In this document: positions 26,071-38,299 of the stretch, in pieces
Layout: every line of letters starts with the position of its first letter
Numbering within the stretch: position 1 is the stretch's first letter
Source: Lama glama
Taxonomy: Eukaryota
Direction of reading: 5' to 3'
Length of the DNA stretch: 64,000 nucleotides
NCBI GenBank assembly: GCA_028534125.1
Contig: CM052817.1
Location: 19,098,001 to 19,162,000 of the forward strand
The notes under the pieces: generated by a model
Databases searched by the model: none
What the model was told of the DNA's origin: nothing
Seen by the model: only the letters and a program-made list of their open reading frames with translations
Translations under genes and position numbers: made by a program

Positions 26071-27414
26071 TCGTTGGCTTTGCTGATCACTAGCTTCACG
26101 ACTTCATTTTCTAAGGCACTTTTGCAAAATCAGTTATTTGAAAATTTACCCTGAGGTGCTTACAACTACAACACTCTATTATCCTGTGTCTCAGCTAAGC
26201 AACTCTCTGATCCATCACTGAGGATGAATCAGTGATATTAATGATTGTTAGAATCTAATAATTCAAATGGAGGCATCATATTAAACCCCAAAATCCTGAC
26301 TTTGATAATGTATGAACAAAATATATTTGTTACTGTTTGAAGCTCGGTATTAATTTTATTCATCACCCATAATCTCTGCATACGAAAAGCTGCTAATTAC
26401 ATCACTGCATTTCCACAGTTACTAAAAATAATACAATGGTAAGCATAACAAAATTACTTCAAAGTAGAATATAAAGAAAGTAACACTTTATAATATTCTA
26501 TAATATAACTATGTTATATTTATGTATTTTATATAGTTATAATATGTTATCTTTATGATGTTATACAATGCCAGGTTTGCTTGATTTTCTGGAATAAGAA
26601 ACTGTGATGTAAAAAATGTTAGATATTCATAGTGTGGATTTGATGCACTGGATGTACTGCCTGTCTACACTTTTCCAGGTGGCTCTTCAAACTAAAGCTT
26701 AACTACTTAAGAATTTCAAATATGACAAATAGCTTTTGAAGTTGACTTTTGTATGTATGTCAGAGAAGCACAAGATGGAATATAAATAAAAACAGCTCAC
26801 AGAAACAAGGTTTAAGATCTGACATTTCTAAGCAGCAGGTTTCTTCTGTCCTCAAGGAGATAAACAAAACTATTGAAAACCCCATTAGGTATATTTATAG
26901 CCTGGACTTAATGTCCAGGATGTAAACTAAGATGCCAAACTGCCAGCTACCAACCTTGAAATGGAAGAAAACAGTTTCTCAGAGTGAACATTTTTATCCT
27001 TTTTTCATCAATATTCCAAAACCATGGCACCTTAATCTTTTATGCAAGGGAAGACTTCTTTTAGATTACTTTCCATGAATTTTTTTTTGGTAAAAAACAG
27101 AAACAAAATTGTCTATAGAAAGTTCACTAACCTGTTTTCTGTTATACTTACTTATTCTTCGATATGGAAAGAGGGGTTTAGAGAAGCAGTATTCAGGGCT
27201 TTTCATGGCTCCTCAAATGAAAAAGAAACATGTGAATCAAAAACTAAAGCTGCAGGAAATGTATCACGGAGATCTTCTAAGAAGAACAATTGTAGGTACT
27301 GGGAGGTACATGAAAACCAAGGAATATCTGATAAGGTGTTTAAGATAATTGTAGTAGTTTCAGGGTATCTGAAATAGACTTTAACATATAGCCTTAAGGA
27401 GTCAAACTGATATA

Positions 27415-27811
27415 TGTTATGGATTGAATATTTGTGACCCCCAAAATTCATATGCTGAAGCCTTAATCCTCAGTGTTGCTATATTTAGAGTAAGGAAATA
27501 ATTAAGGTTAAATGAGGTCATAAGGATGGGGCCCTGATCTCATAGGATTAGTGTCCTTATCAGAAGAGTCACCAGAGAGCCTCCCTCCCCTCCCCCCATC
27601 TCCCCGTGCACACATGAAACAGAGGTCATGTGAGCTCATAGTGAGATGGTGGCCACCTACAAGCCAAGAGAAGAGGCCTGAGAACAAAACCTTCCTTGCC
27701 GGTACCTTGATCTTGGACTTCCAGCCTTTAGAAAAGTGAGAATTACATTTATGTTGTTTAAGCCACCCAGTATGTGGTATTTTGTAATGGCAGCCCAAGC
27801 AGACTCATACA
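27415..27811 (+). mobile_element. MaLR solo LTR (MLT1A/MLT1A0-like), essentially full length
   Basis: TGTTATGGATTGAA...cccccaaaattcatatgctgaag...aaggttaaatgaggtcataagg...ttaagccacccagtatgtggtattttg...gactcatACA; decayed 5-bp TSD atata/gtatg. Confidence 0.92.
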
Positions 27812-27919
27812 GTATGTAAGATACAGAAGGAACAACTATATTTCTGTAGTAGTAAAAATTTCTAAGTTAAAAAGCTAAGGTGGAATTGGCTGTGTTCAGA
27901 GGGAAATCCTGAGTTCACT

Positions 27920-28383
27920 TGTTACAGAAACAACAGGCCAGCCAAGAAACAAGCACCACTCGGAGGGTTGGAGTACTCAGATGTATTATGCCGGCGGGCT
28001 CAGAGGGGCTTCTACTCTGAAGCTCTGAGCACCTCCAAGATGTGCGCATGAGGTTTTATAGGTAAAGTACAAGCTTGGGGTATTCGGCCAATAGGCATGG
28101 AACAGCTTTAGCAGCATCATTATCACAAAAGTGGAGGCAGGGAGGCAGCAAACAAACATTCCAAAGCCAGGTATGTATCTTTGAAAATCCAGCTGGCTAG
28201 CAAAAATACATGAACAGCAAACTAACACTAATTAACTTAGATTTACAAGTTAGTCCAGCAGAACTCAGATCAGTATTCCAATACTTAGATTTGTGAGTTA
28301 CCTTGTTAGCCCAGCCCAGCCTCTCCTTCACATTCCTAGACTTGTGAGTTATCTTGTTAGACCAGCCTGGCTTTTCCTTCACA
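27920..28383 (-). mobile_element. Young ERV1-type solo LTR
   Basis: TG...CA termini; perfect 4-bp TSD cact (27916-27919 and 28384-28387); TATAAAA on minus at ~28053-28059; CCAAT nearby; CpGs retained; 51-bp tandem repeat in U3. Confidence 0.88.
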
Positions 28384-29485
28384 CACTGTCATTAGAGATT
28401 AAGAAGAAGGCAAAGAGTTCTTTGAGTGAGTTTTTAGTATAAATAGGATTCTGGCATCAGCTACATAACTAGATTAAATTGTGGAGTTCTATTCCAAAAC
28501 TGGATGAAAATTTCTGATTCTGTGGACTAGATTGGCAATGTTTAGCAGGAAATACATTTCTAAAAGATGTTATAAATCTTTTTCTAGTATTAGTTAATGT
28601 AACTGTGTACTTTTACAATGTGAGAAGAGGGAAATAAAATGGTAAAGGAGACTAAGAAAAAAAGTGAGTTCCAATGTTGGAGAAAGAGATGGTATTAAAA
28701 GAGATTAAGAAGTGCATCGAGATATGAAAAGCAATTGTATGGTATCTGGTGATATAGGACAGATTGTTTGGGTTTCCACTGGTTTACTAATTAACAACTG
28801 ACCATAATAATAGCTGGGGGAAATGATTACTATTACTTTTATTTTACTGTCTCATATAAACCTACATTTTTCTTTTTTTTTTCCTAAGGGTGAGGCTCCA
28901 TGTATCCATTTAAAGCTGCTCTTTGAAAAAGTGATCATCTCATGTTTATAGGCAGATTATTAGACACTGAGCCAAATTAGGAATAGTTTTAAGTATTTCT
29001 AATAATCATTGAAGCAGAATAGACTAATTTAAAAATATTTGGTCCTTTTAAAATCCTGATTCTATAATTAATAACCTTAGATATGCCTAAGCATTGCAAA
29101 ACTTTTAAAATGTCCTCCACATTCACTAGGAATTTAACATTTTTCTCTTCCATCCAGACTTCTTTTTGCTCTGGGACTTAGTCCTTGGAATCATTATCCT
29201 TATGCTGAATTAGTATTTGTCTCAGGAATGCTCTTAATATAGCAAGAAAAATAGCCTAGAGAATTCTACTACCCTATGGATTAAACTAATAGTCCAAGAA
29301 TCTTGATAAGTAAGCAAAATTCACATACAGACAAAATTTACATATTTATTAGCCTTTGTATAAACAGATACCTCTAAGTCTCAACTTTTTATGCACAAGT
29401 TGCCAGTTACTTAAATTTTTTGCAGCTGTTATGTGACAACTTAAAAATAAAATATCTGACCTTTTGTTTAGAAAGCTGTGAATAA

Positions 29486-29487
29486 AA

Positions 29488-29526
<39 letters not shown>

Positions 29527-29551
29527 AAGAATAAAAAAAAAGAAAAAAAAA
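29486..29551 (+). repeat. (AAAT)n plus poly(A) tract flanked by a 16-bp direct repeat
   Basis: agaaagctgtgaataa at 29470-29485 and 29552-29567. Confidence 0.92.
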
Positions 29552-30060
29552 AGAAAGCTGTGAATAACAATGTAGTATAAAAAGACATTTTTCAACTGAG
29601 ATATTTAACAGGCAAAGTTTGGTTCAAACGAACGTTTGCCAAAGATTTTTACACTCCGCCTTTGCTTTGGCAAAAGAAGAAATCAGAGAGCCGTTTTCTG
29701 CAGATTCTATGTGCCAAGTCCTCAGCATCTGAATGTCAAATCTGGTCTAAAAGATGATCAAGTCTTTTAGATTAGATCTTTTCCATCTAAGAGAGCAAAA
29801 TATTTTTTATTACTGTCTTGCATTTGTCTATGAATAAAGCTAATTGACTTTTTCATTATTTGAGCTTTCCCTCTTTCATATGCTTATGGTCTGATCTGTT
29901 AGGACTGCTTAAATCATCATCTGTAATCTTGATTTGCAGTTGTACATTCCTCTAATGCACCTTCCGCTTGCTGCCATGGAAGTCTTTCAGAAATACAAGT
30001 TTAATCATTTTATTGCCAATTTAAAATAATTCAGTATCACTCATAAGCCCTCACTCTTCA

Positions 30061-30098
30061 ACCCATGGTTGGAGATATATATATCTCCAACCATGGGT
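30061..30098. repeat. Perfect 38-bp palindrome
   Basis: acccatggttggagatatatatatctccaaccatgggt equals its own reverse complement. Confidence 0.97.
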
Positions 30099-30102
30099 AT
30101 AA

Positions 30103-30130
<28 letters not shown>
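30103..30130. repeat. (GT)14 microsatellite
   Basis: Pure gt repeat. Confidence 0.97.
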
Positions 30131-30133
<3 letters not shown>

Positions 30134-31182
30134 GTCAGGCTCATGTCTATTTCTCCACTTTCTTTAAACACCACTTTCTACTCACTTGAAGTTCTCAGTG
30201 CCATGTTGTTTCCTGTATGTTTTATTTTAACTTCAGGAAGCATAACCCTTACTTTCTAAAGGCTTACCCCTTCTTTGCCACCAGTAGCTTAGGAAACAAG
30301 CTAGAATATTTTTCTTACCTTTCAAATTTTACTTCAAAGTTCCAGTTATCTATTTCAGTATATTGAATACCTTCCTTCTGCAAGATTAAATTATTCAAAC
30401 CAACACTTGTGACACTGCTGCGCTTTATAAACTTTTCTATCATAGTATCTCTAGTATTTGATTGCATTTATTTATCTTTATTGTCTAGCTCCCTCTTCAA
30501 AAGCAGTGACTCTCAAGAGTTGACAGTAATGGAAGAAGATGTACATTAGTGGGAGGTGATAGACGTGCGGGGGGACGTCACACTCCAAGGTTTGCTTTTC
30601 TTTCCTGGTTGTTGTTTGCCCCTGGAGTGAAATCTTAACTTGAGCCAAGGACATGGTCTCTTTTATCTCTTTGTAACCACTTCTCAACAAAGTGTCTGGC
30701 AACCTAAACTTCACAATAAATACTTATTGCATAAATGAATGGATGCTTTCTCATGAGAAGGTTACAGATATCCTGAGTGTGTGCAAATGTTTGGTTTTTT
30801 TCTCCTTTTCTTTTGCTAAAATTTTAAGTTATTTTAAGTTTGAAGTGGAAGAAGGCCCTTGTTATACTGCATTTGGTACGTCTGCGTGTTATATGTTGTA
30901 GATTTGTAGACCCATAGAGTCTGAACACTGAAAGAGTGGCATCTTGCCTGTTTTACTTATCTTTGTATCGCCCAACTTTTATCAGTGTCATGTAGGTAGT
31001 CAGTAAATAATTGTTAACTAAATGACTGCATTTGTTGATATATAGTTGGACGGGAAAGAATTGATGTTTTAAAATCTCCCTCTGTTTTGATCAGTTGCTC
31101 TAGGAATAGAGATAACATTCATCCTTGGAAAAGCAGCTTCCATTATTAAAAAGAAACAAACAAAAGAAAGCATACATATGTG

Positions 31183-31231
31183 CATACACACACGCCCACA
31201 CACACACACACACACGCACATATGCACACAC
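31183..31231. repeat. Imperfect (CA)n microsatellite
   Basis: catacacacacgcccacacacacacacacacacgcacatatgcacacac. Confidence 0.9.
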
Positions 31232-31679
31232 TCAGATATGCCTTTCCAATATACAGAGGTAAAGCCCAGGGTCTAGGTTTTATAGTCAGGGGAGAAGAGC
31301 TAAATTTTGTTCTGCATATTGAAGTAAGATTATTGCTTTTGTGTCACAACCAAGATTGTGAATTCAGTGGAATTTTGTTCATCTTTATTTATATAGCACT
31401 TAGCGTAATTTTGGCATTTGATGCTTGCTCCGTAAATCTTAGATGTCTTGAACTAAATGTATTGTCTTGAACTGATTTTGGTCCCAACAAACAGCAATGT
31501 TGATCCCTTGTATATACTGAAGTTTATATTTGCATTACCATATAATTTAAAAAAAAAAAAGTAACACTTTGCTATATCAGACCATAAAGATTTACACAAT
31601 TGCAGAAAGTGTTTACTTAAAACCAAAAGAATTTTTACATCTGGATTGAAATTGTTTGGAAAACGAATAGCAATAGCTC

Positions 31680-31820
31680 CTGTTAATTCCTAAGTGCCAA
31701 ACATGACCATAAACAGTTTATAAACATCATTACATTTCATATTAAAAGTCACTGTTACTCCTATTTTACAGATAAGGAAATTGAGGCTCGCAAAGTGTAT
31801 GAGATTAGCACGAGATAGCA
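31680..31820 (-). mobile_element. MIR SINE
   Basis: cctattttacagataaggaaattgaggctc MIR core. Confidence 0.75.
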
Positions 31821-32894
31821 GCACTAGGAGATTTCCCTGATTTAACGTGATATTGCTAGTTTGATAATATCTTGCAGTGCTGGGCTGAAAATAAAAGTAC
31901 AAATTTAGTGGTTGGGGATGAAGGTATTCTCTCCTCTGGTATTGAAAATGTGCAATGTCTGTTCTAATTTTGATGCAAAGGGGAAAATGGTGCAGCAGAT
32001 AGAATTTTTAAATTATTATTTGATTTTTTTGTGTGTTTGACGGAATATTTGTATTGAATTCTGAATAATAAAAAGCCCATAATTGTGTACTATATGCATT
32101 TTGCATTTCTATAGAGCAGTTGCTTCTTCATAATCAAATATGAAGGAAATGTTTCAGAAATTTTGATCACTGTTCCTTTGCCAATTAGTCATGGCCCAAC
32201 AGATGTTTTCAAAATGATAAAACTGGCTTCATCAACCTCATTAACAGTAGTATTTGAGAAATTACTTGCCTTTAATATATCTAAGGCGAGAGCACAGCTA
32301 ATTGCTGTATTATGCAAAATTCTAGGCACTACCAAAATCCTATCCGCTTTAGGAAAACAGTGCAGTACACCCAGCACACTGTCCAGGCATTTTTTTAAGG
32401 CAAACTTTGCTCTTGGTTTTTTGCAATATTTAATATGAAGCACGTGATTTTTTCCCCTCTGATTATTCCCAACTGAATAACGTCTTTATCAAATTTTCTC
32501 TCTCTCTATTCCTCTCTCTTTCTTTTGCTGAATCCCTCTCCATCTCTCACATCTTCGTCTGGAAGTTACCCGGTCATTAGGGAATAAATGCAGGCCATAT
32601 TTAATGTCTTGTCTATTCATACACATACATTCTAAGAGTTACAGAATACCACTTAGCACACTTATCCTGGCTGGTTGAAATTAGAGCCCTGCAGTCGGTC
32701 TTAATGAATGATAATGTTAATTCTGGTAAGAGCTTAATCGTTTATTAAGCATATTAATGTTAAGAGTTTTAGTTCTTTTTAAATCGGTACAACCATGTAA
32801 GTAAAGTAACGCTGTCTGCCAAAACAAAGTACAGTCTCCACTTGGATAGGGTACCTAATCAATGACAGAGTATATGACCACGTCAGCTCCACCT

Positions 32895-33040
32895 GCTGTT
32901 TTTCATTCATTCATTCATCCATTCATTTATTCACAGTGAACGTATCATTGAAGACCTACTGTGGGCCAGGTACCATTCTAGGTTTGGGAGAAAGAGCAGA
33001 GACAGAAACAGATGAAATCTTTGCCCTGGAGTTTGTACCC
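32895..33040 (-). mobile_element. L2 3' end
   Basis: (ttca)n tail then cattgaagacctactgtgggccaggtaccattctagg. Confidence 0.8.
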
Positions 33041-33625
33041 TCTTCTTTGGCAGTAACAGAAATAGGAAGAAACCCATCTCATCCCTTGCTTCTGTCATTT
33101 ATCCTTATCCCGCAGCTCTTTTTCTCCCTGAATTAAAACAGACCTCAACAGGCATTCTTGTTATTTCAATCATCTTAAATTGCACCTTCGCTTACCATGG
33201 AAGTTGGAACATGGCTGCAGCCAAAACAAACGAGCCACAGAAGAGCCTGTTTGAGTCTCAGTAGGCCACGTGCTCATGTAGACGTGTGTAGAGCACGCAT
33301 CTTGTGATCTGTAAGTATCTTCCGTCAGACTAAATATTTTGAACCCAGACTGCTCTGGTGCTGAGTACTGAGTCAGTAGTTTCCCACGTGGGATCATACA
33401 ACAGAAGGCTTTTTCATGGTCCGCTGTTAACAAATCAAATGTATCAGCAAATATAGATTAGCTAGAAACTGATGTTACACACTGAATAAAGTGCAACTAA
33501 TTTAACCAGCTCCACGTGTGTCACTTTTTCTGTTTGTTTGCTGCAGTTACCTAGCTAAAAGAGAAAGATGTGGACTGAATAATCCTGATGGTTAAATCAG
33601 TTGTGTCTTTAACACATATCTAGAT

Positions 33626-33849
33626 AAATGGTTTTTAACTGGGGGCTGCTTTGTTCCCAGGGGAAGCTGGGCAATGTCTGGGGACATTTTTTTTTGCTTG
33701 TCACACCTGGGCGGATGCTTCTGGCATCCAGTGGGTAGAGTCCAGGACTGCTGCTGTTTACTCTACAACACATAGAGCAGCCTGCCCACTCCCCACCAAG
33801 AAAATTATCAGCCCCAAAATGTCAGTAACTTTAAGGTTGAGATACCCTG
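33626..33849 (+). mobile_element. MER20 (hAT-Charlie non-autonomous DNA transposon)
   Basis: ggcaatgtctggggacattttt...tgtcacacctggg...ctggcatccagtgggtagagtccagga...cccaaaatgtcagta...aggttgagataccctg. Confidence 0.92.
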
Positions 33850-33914
33850 ATCTGGATAGGGTGTGAGGGAGAGTCAAAGTTTTCATTTCTGATATAATGC
33901 CACTTATTTGTCAA

Positions 33915-34100
33915 TAGAGTTGCCAGATTTAGGAAATTGACTCTATTGCCAATAGAGTTGCCAGTGAAATTTGTATTTCAGGTAAAGAATTGGTTTATAG
34001 CTGTGGTACATGCAGTTTGAAATATACTTGTACTAAAATAGTATTAGTTGTTTATCTGAAGTTAAAGTGTAACTGTATGTCCTGTATTTTATCTTGCACA
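33915..34100. mobile_element. MER53 (hAT-derived palindromic MITE), left arm rearranged
   Basis: tagagttgccagatttag...aaatttgtatttcag...gttgtttatctgaagtt...taactgtatgtcctgtattttatct. Confidence 0.8.
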
Positions 34101-37100
34101 CGTATTTGTGGAGTAGTCCATATTGACAGACATTGGCCCTTGTATGTAATGGTGCAGACCTTGTCATATGATTTGTCCATTAATAATGCACTTAACACCT
34201 CTCAGTCACATGCATTTGCCTCACCTAGACACAACACAACCTGAAGTATAGTTTTGGATGAGAAAATAGTCAGTGACAGGGAAGATGGCCAATTGGAATT
34301 AGCAAAATTAAAGAGAAAATTAGTAAAATTAGCAAAAAATTTTAGGATGAAGCAGTGTCTCTAAAATATTCAGATAATTTTTTGTTGGAAATAAGTAATA
34401 GTTCCATGAATTATGATAAACTCCATTATAAGGGAGCTTATGGGATATGCATACTTTACTAAATTTACATGGTCATGATGACTAATATCACAGTGGAATA
34501 GCCCTTCTCTGAATAATTATCATATGAAGATGTGATAGATGATTCGTATTAATTGAAACCTCAAGACCACATTAGAATCCTGGAGGAGCTGTTCCCAGCA
34601 CTTGTTTTACGAGCCAGTGGAACCACACTTTTCTGGTTGTAGGTTGCTGTCATAAGACATCCTTTTCTCCTTGCATTATTGCAACAGAATTCCTTGGACT
34701 CCTGGAAATTTAGTTATTTGTACAAATAATTAATGAATAAATCTATAGTGAATGCACACACCCAGTCTGACCTGGCCCTGTGGTAAGGTCCTGTGTCCTT
34801 CCTTCAGTTTCTGGAAGAATCAGTTTCATGGATGCCCCATTTTATTACACAGTGAAGTGTTTCCTTGGGATTGATGGCTTGAGCCTCCTGGTGATGGTCT
34901 TGCCTGAGTTTCAATTATCCAGGGCTTATGCTGTGGTGAGTTGGGTGCAAGGACCAGATGCTGGTACTGGATTTGTAGCACTAGGGGTAGAGTTGGGGAA
35001 GCCACTCACTGCCATTGTGCCCAACATTCTGCCTGAAAATAGGCCCTCTGCCTCCTGGAATATAGCCACTCCTACACGTATGGCTTTGTCTTGCCATCAC
35101 CTTCATGCCACAGAATTCCTTCATCAAAGCAGTCTAAGTATTAGCGATTTTACTGATTCGTTCTTTGGATATGCTCTTATTAAACTGTAAGATCCTTGAA
35201 GGCAAGGATAAGATTTAACTGTGCTGTGCCTGTATCATATGAGTCAGTTAATATATCTTTTTAAAAAGGCATAATGCAATAGAGGTAGGTCTTGAATAAT
35301 TGGAAAAGTTCAGATAGTAGAGACCAGTGAAATAAGTGTTCATAATAGCCAAATATATAAGTTGGTTTGAACTATATTTAAAATGGTGTGGAAAATAATC
35401 TGATTAGAAATCAAGCAAATGGTAAAAACTCGAGGGAGGAAAAAATTAATTAGGAAACATGGGGCCATATTTTACACGGTTTTGATTGTCGGAAAGAGGG
35501 TTCAGTGTGGTGGGGCAATAGAAAGCCAAGATAGTTACTGGGCAGAGAAGCCACCTGATACAAGGGGACTTTAGGAAAAGCAATCATTGGTCTTTAAGTG
35601 AGATGAGGAAAGATTTGGGAAATATCATCATAGAACACCCACATACCATTTGTTATTCATAAAGAGAGCATATTATAAGATCTGAAATGCACGGAATTTT
35701 CGTATTCTTCAGTATTAAATTCTAATGTTTCCATCATTCTTTCATAAAACTACAATTCTATGAAGTTGACTGCAATTTTACAAAGAATATAAAATCGGCA
35801 TAAAATAGAATATACTTCTGATTAATAAATCTTGAAAGATAAATCAGAAGACCTGGGACATAGTTATCTAAGGTCTTGAAATACTTCGAAGTTCTCTAAA
35901 TTATCAAGTATGCAGCTACCCAGTATTTTTTGATTTATGCTCAATTTTTCAAAAAGATGAATTTTTTGCTTCATGGTTAAGAAAAGATAAATGACTATGC
36001 ATTTCCTAATGATGCCTATTAAAATTAGGCTTCAATGATGTCAGATAAAAGTCTCCTTTCATTTTTAGCAAACAGGCAGATCTGAGATGAAGAGTTTATT
36101 AAAGTTTAAGTGTCAAGGCAATTGCATAACTGTTTATTTTAGTTAGCATAATATTTTGTTGCACAATTAGCACTATCACTTTATACCATCTCTGGATAAT
36201 TTGAATTTTTTTCTCTTCAAATGTACACTCCCCCTCATTTGATGTGACTGCCCCACATGCACGTGTCTATAACGAGTGTTCAAAACATTTCTCTCAAGGC
36301 TTGCACTGTGCTCTTTGCTCAGCACACCTTAGGCAGTTTTACAGCTTGATTGGGTAGTGGTGAATTTCCTGATTATAATCTCAAACCTCTGAAGTTTTCT
36401 CTTGAGTTTGACCAATGAAGAACACCATTTGCATCCTCTGTCCTTTATCTTCCTGACTACGTTTACTTCCCTTGAATGCCATTGTCAAATCATGATCCAA
36501 GACCCCTTCCCATATCCTCTTCCTCAGAATACACTTCTCATTTTTATCCCCCTCACTTCTATAGCACTGTGTCTGAATATTTATGACACTATTTATGCAA
36601 GTTGGATTTATATTATTAACAATTTATAAATACTTTATTTACTTACTTAGGAATCCCTGTGATATAGAGAAGGAAGGGATGTAGCAGTGGGGAAACATAC
36701 ACTATTGATTTTTAATTAATCAGTGTCTTAGACATCTACCTTGAACATCCTGAGCTATCAATAAATTAAATAAAATGTCTGAAAGTCAGTTTTAAGAATT
36801 TTGTTTGGAAAAAAACAATATTGATTCTGACAGAAGAAATCCTGATACAGATATGAATTCAAGAAATATTGTATGTGGTGAACAGCCAAAGATCAAAATA
36901 TAATCTCTGTCACTTGATTTCTGACCTCGAAAAAGTTCCTTTGGGGGTACAAGATACTGACACAGGATCCAGCAAATCTTTGTTATTTTCCATCTGGATA
37001 CGTATGTGATTTTGAAAATGACTACCCGTAGATATGAGTTTTGCCATTTAAACAATTAGAAAAATAATATCATCTAGTTTCCCTTTCTTCGTGGGGCCAG

Positions 37101-37382
37101 TGAGAGCGCCAAGCCAAAATGGGTAGAACTACAAGGTACTATAAAAATCAAACTCCTCGCTCGTGCTTCTTTCTATTTCATGATCTACTATGTTGCCTTA
37201 ATACTCTCTTGCCTTATGCAAATTTTAATAAGGTTAGTAAAACAATGGTTTTAGAGTGTTTTATAATTTGTAAATCATGTTTGTGTATATTAACTCAACT
37301 CTCATAAGTAGACTTGGAAGATCAGCTATATCTACAATACTACTAAAATGGACTATAAAACAAAAAATTTAAAGCTATGCTT

Positions 37383-37405
37383 GTGTGTGTGTGTGTGTGT
37401 GTGTG
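37383..37405. repeat. (TG)n microsatellite
   Basis: Pure tg repeat of about 11 units. Confidence 0.95.
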
Positions 37406-38299
37406 AGAAAGACAGAGAGATGTATCTTTTCTTCTTTTTGCCTTAGAAAACTTATATGGTCGCTTATTTTTAGTTTTGTTTTCCTTCATAATCCTTAAAT
37501 ATAGTGCAAACCGTGGAAGCATAATATCTAAGTAGAAAATATTTGCCATATGGTTTCTATTTCAGGCAAAAAGAAATAGAATAAATAGAAAGATTCAGTA
37601 TCTCAGCATAAGAGCCGCTGGTCGTCATCGTAGTTAAGATATTATTGAGAAACACTGACTGGACATCTATTGTGTTTGAGTAACTAGAAGATCACATATG
37701 TGTGAAACAAAACCTCAACACTGCTCTTCAATATCTTCAGAAAGTGGCATATATGTACAAGTACATCCTTTGAATAATGCTTATGTTAATCTTGTTCAAA
37801 GCTGCAGAATAATTCCAAATCTGTAGGCCTATTCCGTGTGACCTAACATAAACTCAATGAAGAAATTATGCCATTTGGTTAATCATACTTACAAAGTAAG
37901 GTTTTTAAAGCCTTAAATTCTTGCAACTGGTTAAAGGGATTTTTTTTCTGTTTCCCAATATAGTATCGCTAATGGTGCTTTGACCAAGGTTTTATACAGC
38001 ACAAACGATGTTCTTTATTTAGCAGAGCTGATCACTTGCTGTATCAAATCCTTAATTTCTGCAACATTTGATGCTCTTTTCCAATGTACTTTGCAAATCA
38101 GTTCTTTAAATTCTCATTCCCTGGCTTCTAGGCTCATTGCAAACGTGAGTCATGTCTTCTTTATAATTATTCTGATATTTTTCATACTTTTATCCCCAGC
38201 CTAGAAGTATTTATTTTCCAGAACTTCTCTCTTTTTAATTTCTTCTAATCATATTCTGAATCTATTCCTACAGTTTAATTTACTTTCTCTGAGTATATA

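Larger units (their letters stand above)
29900..30740 (+). mobile_element. L2 fragment(s)
   Basis: L2 ORF2/3' text, ending gtgtctggcaac...caataaatacttattgcataaatgaatgg. Confidence 0.6.

Noticed and set aside
27042..27451. Three overlapping ORFs as a possible endogenous viral or transposase fragment
   Set aside because: No viral or transposase motif recognisable in any listed frame.
28282..28383. CRISPR-like or satellite repeat
   Set aside because: Only two adjacent units with no spacers, inside an LTR U3 region in eukaryotic DNA.
34780..35190. 136-aa plus-strand ORF
   Set aside because: GTG start, no recognisable domain and no convincing exon structure; a chance ORF in a locally GC-richer stretch.
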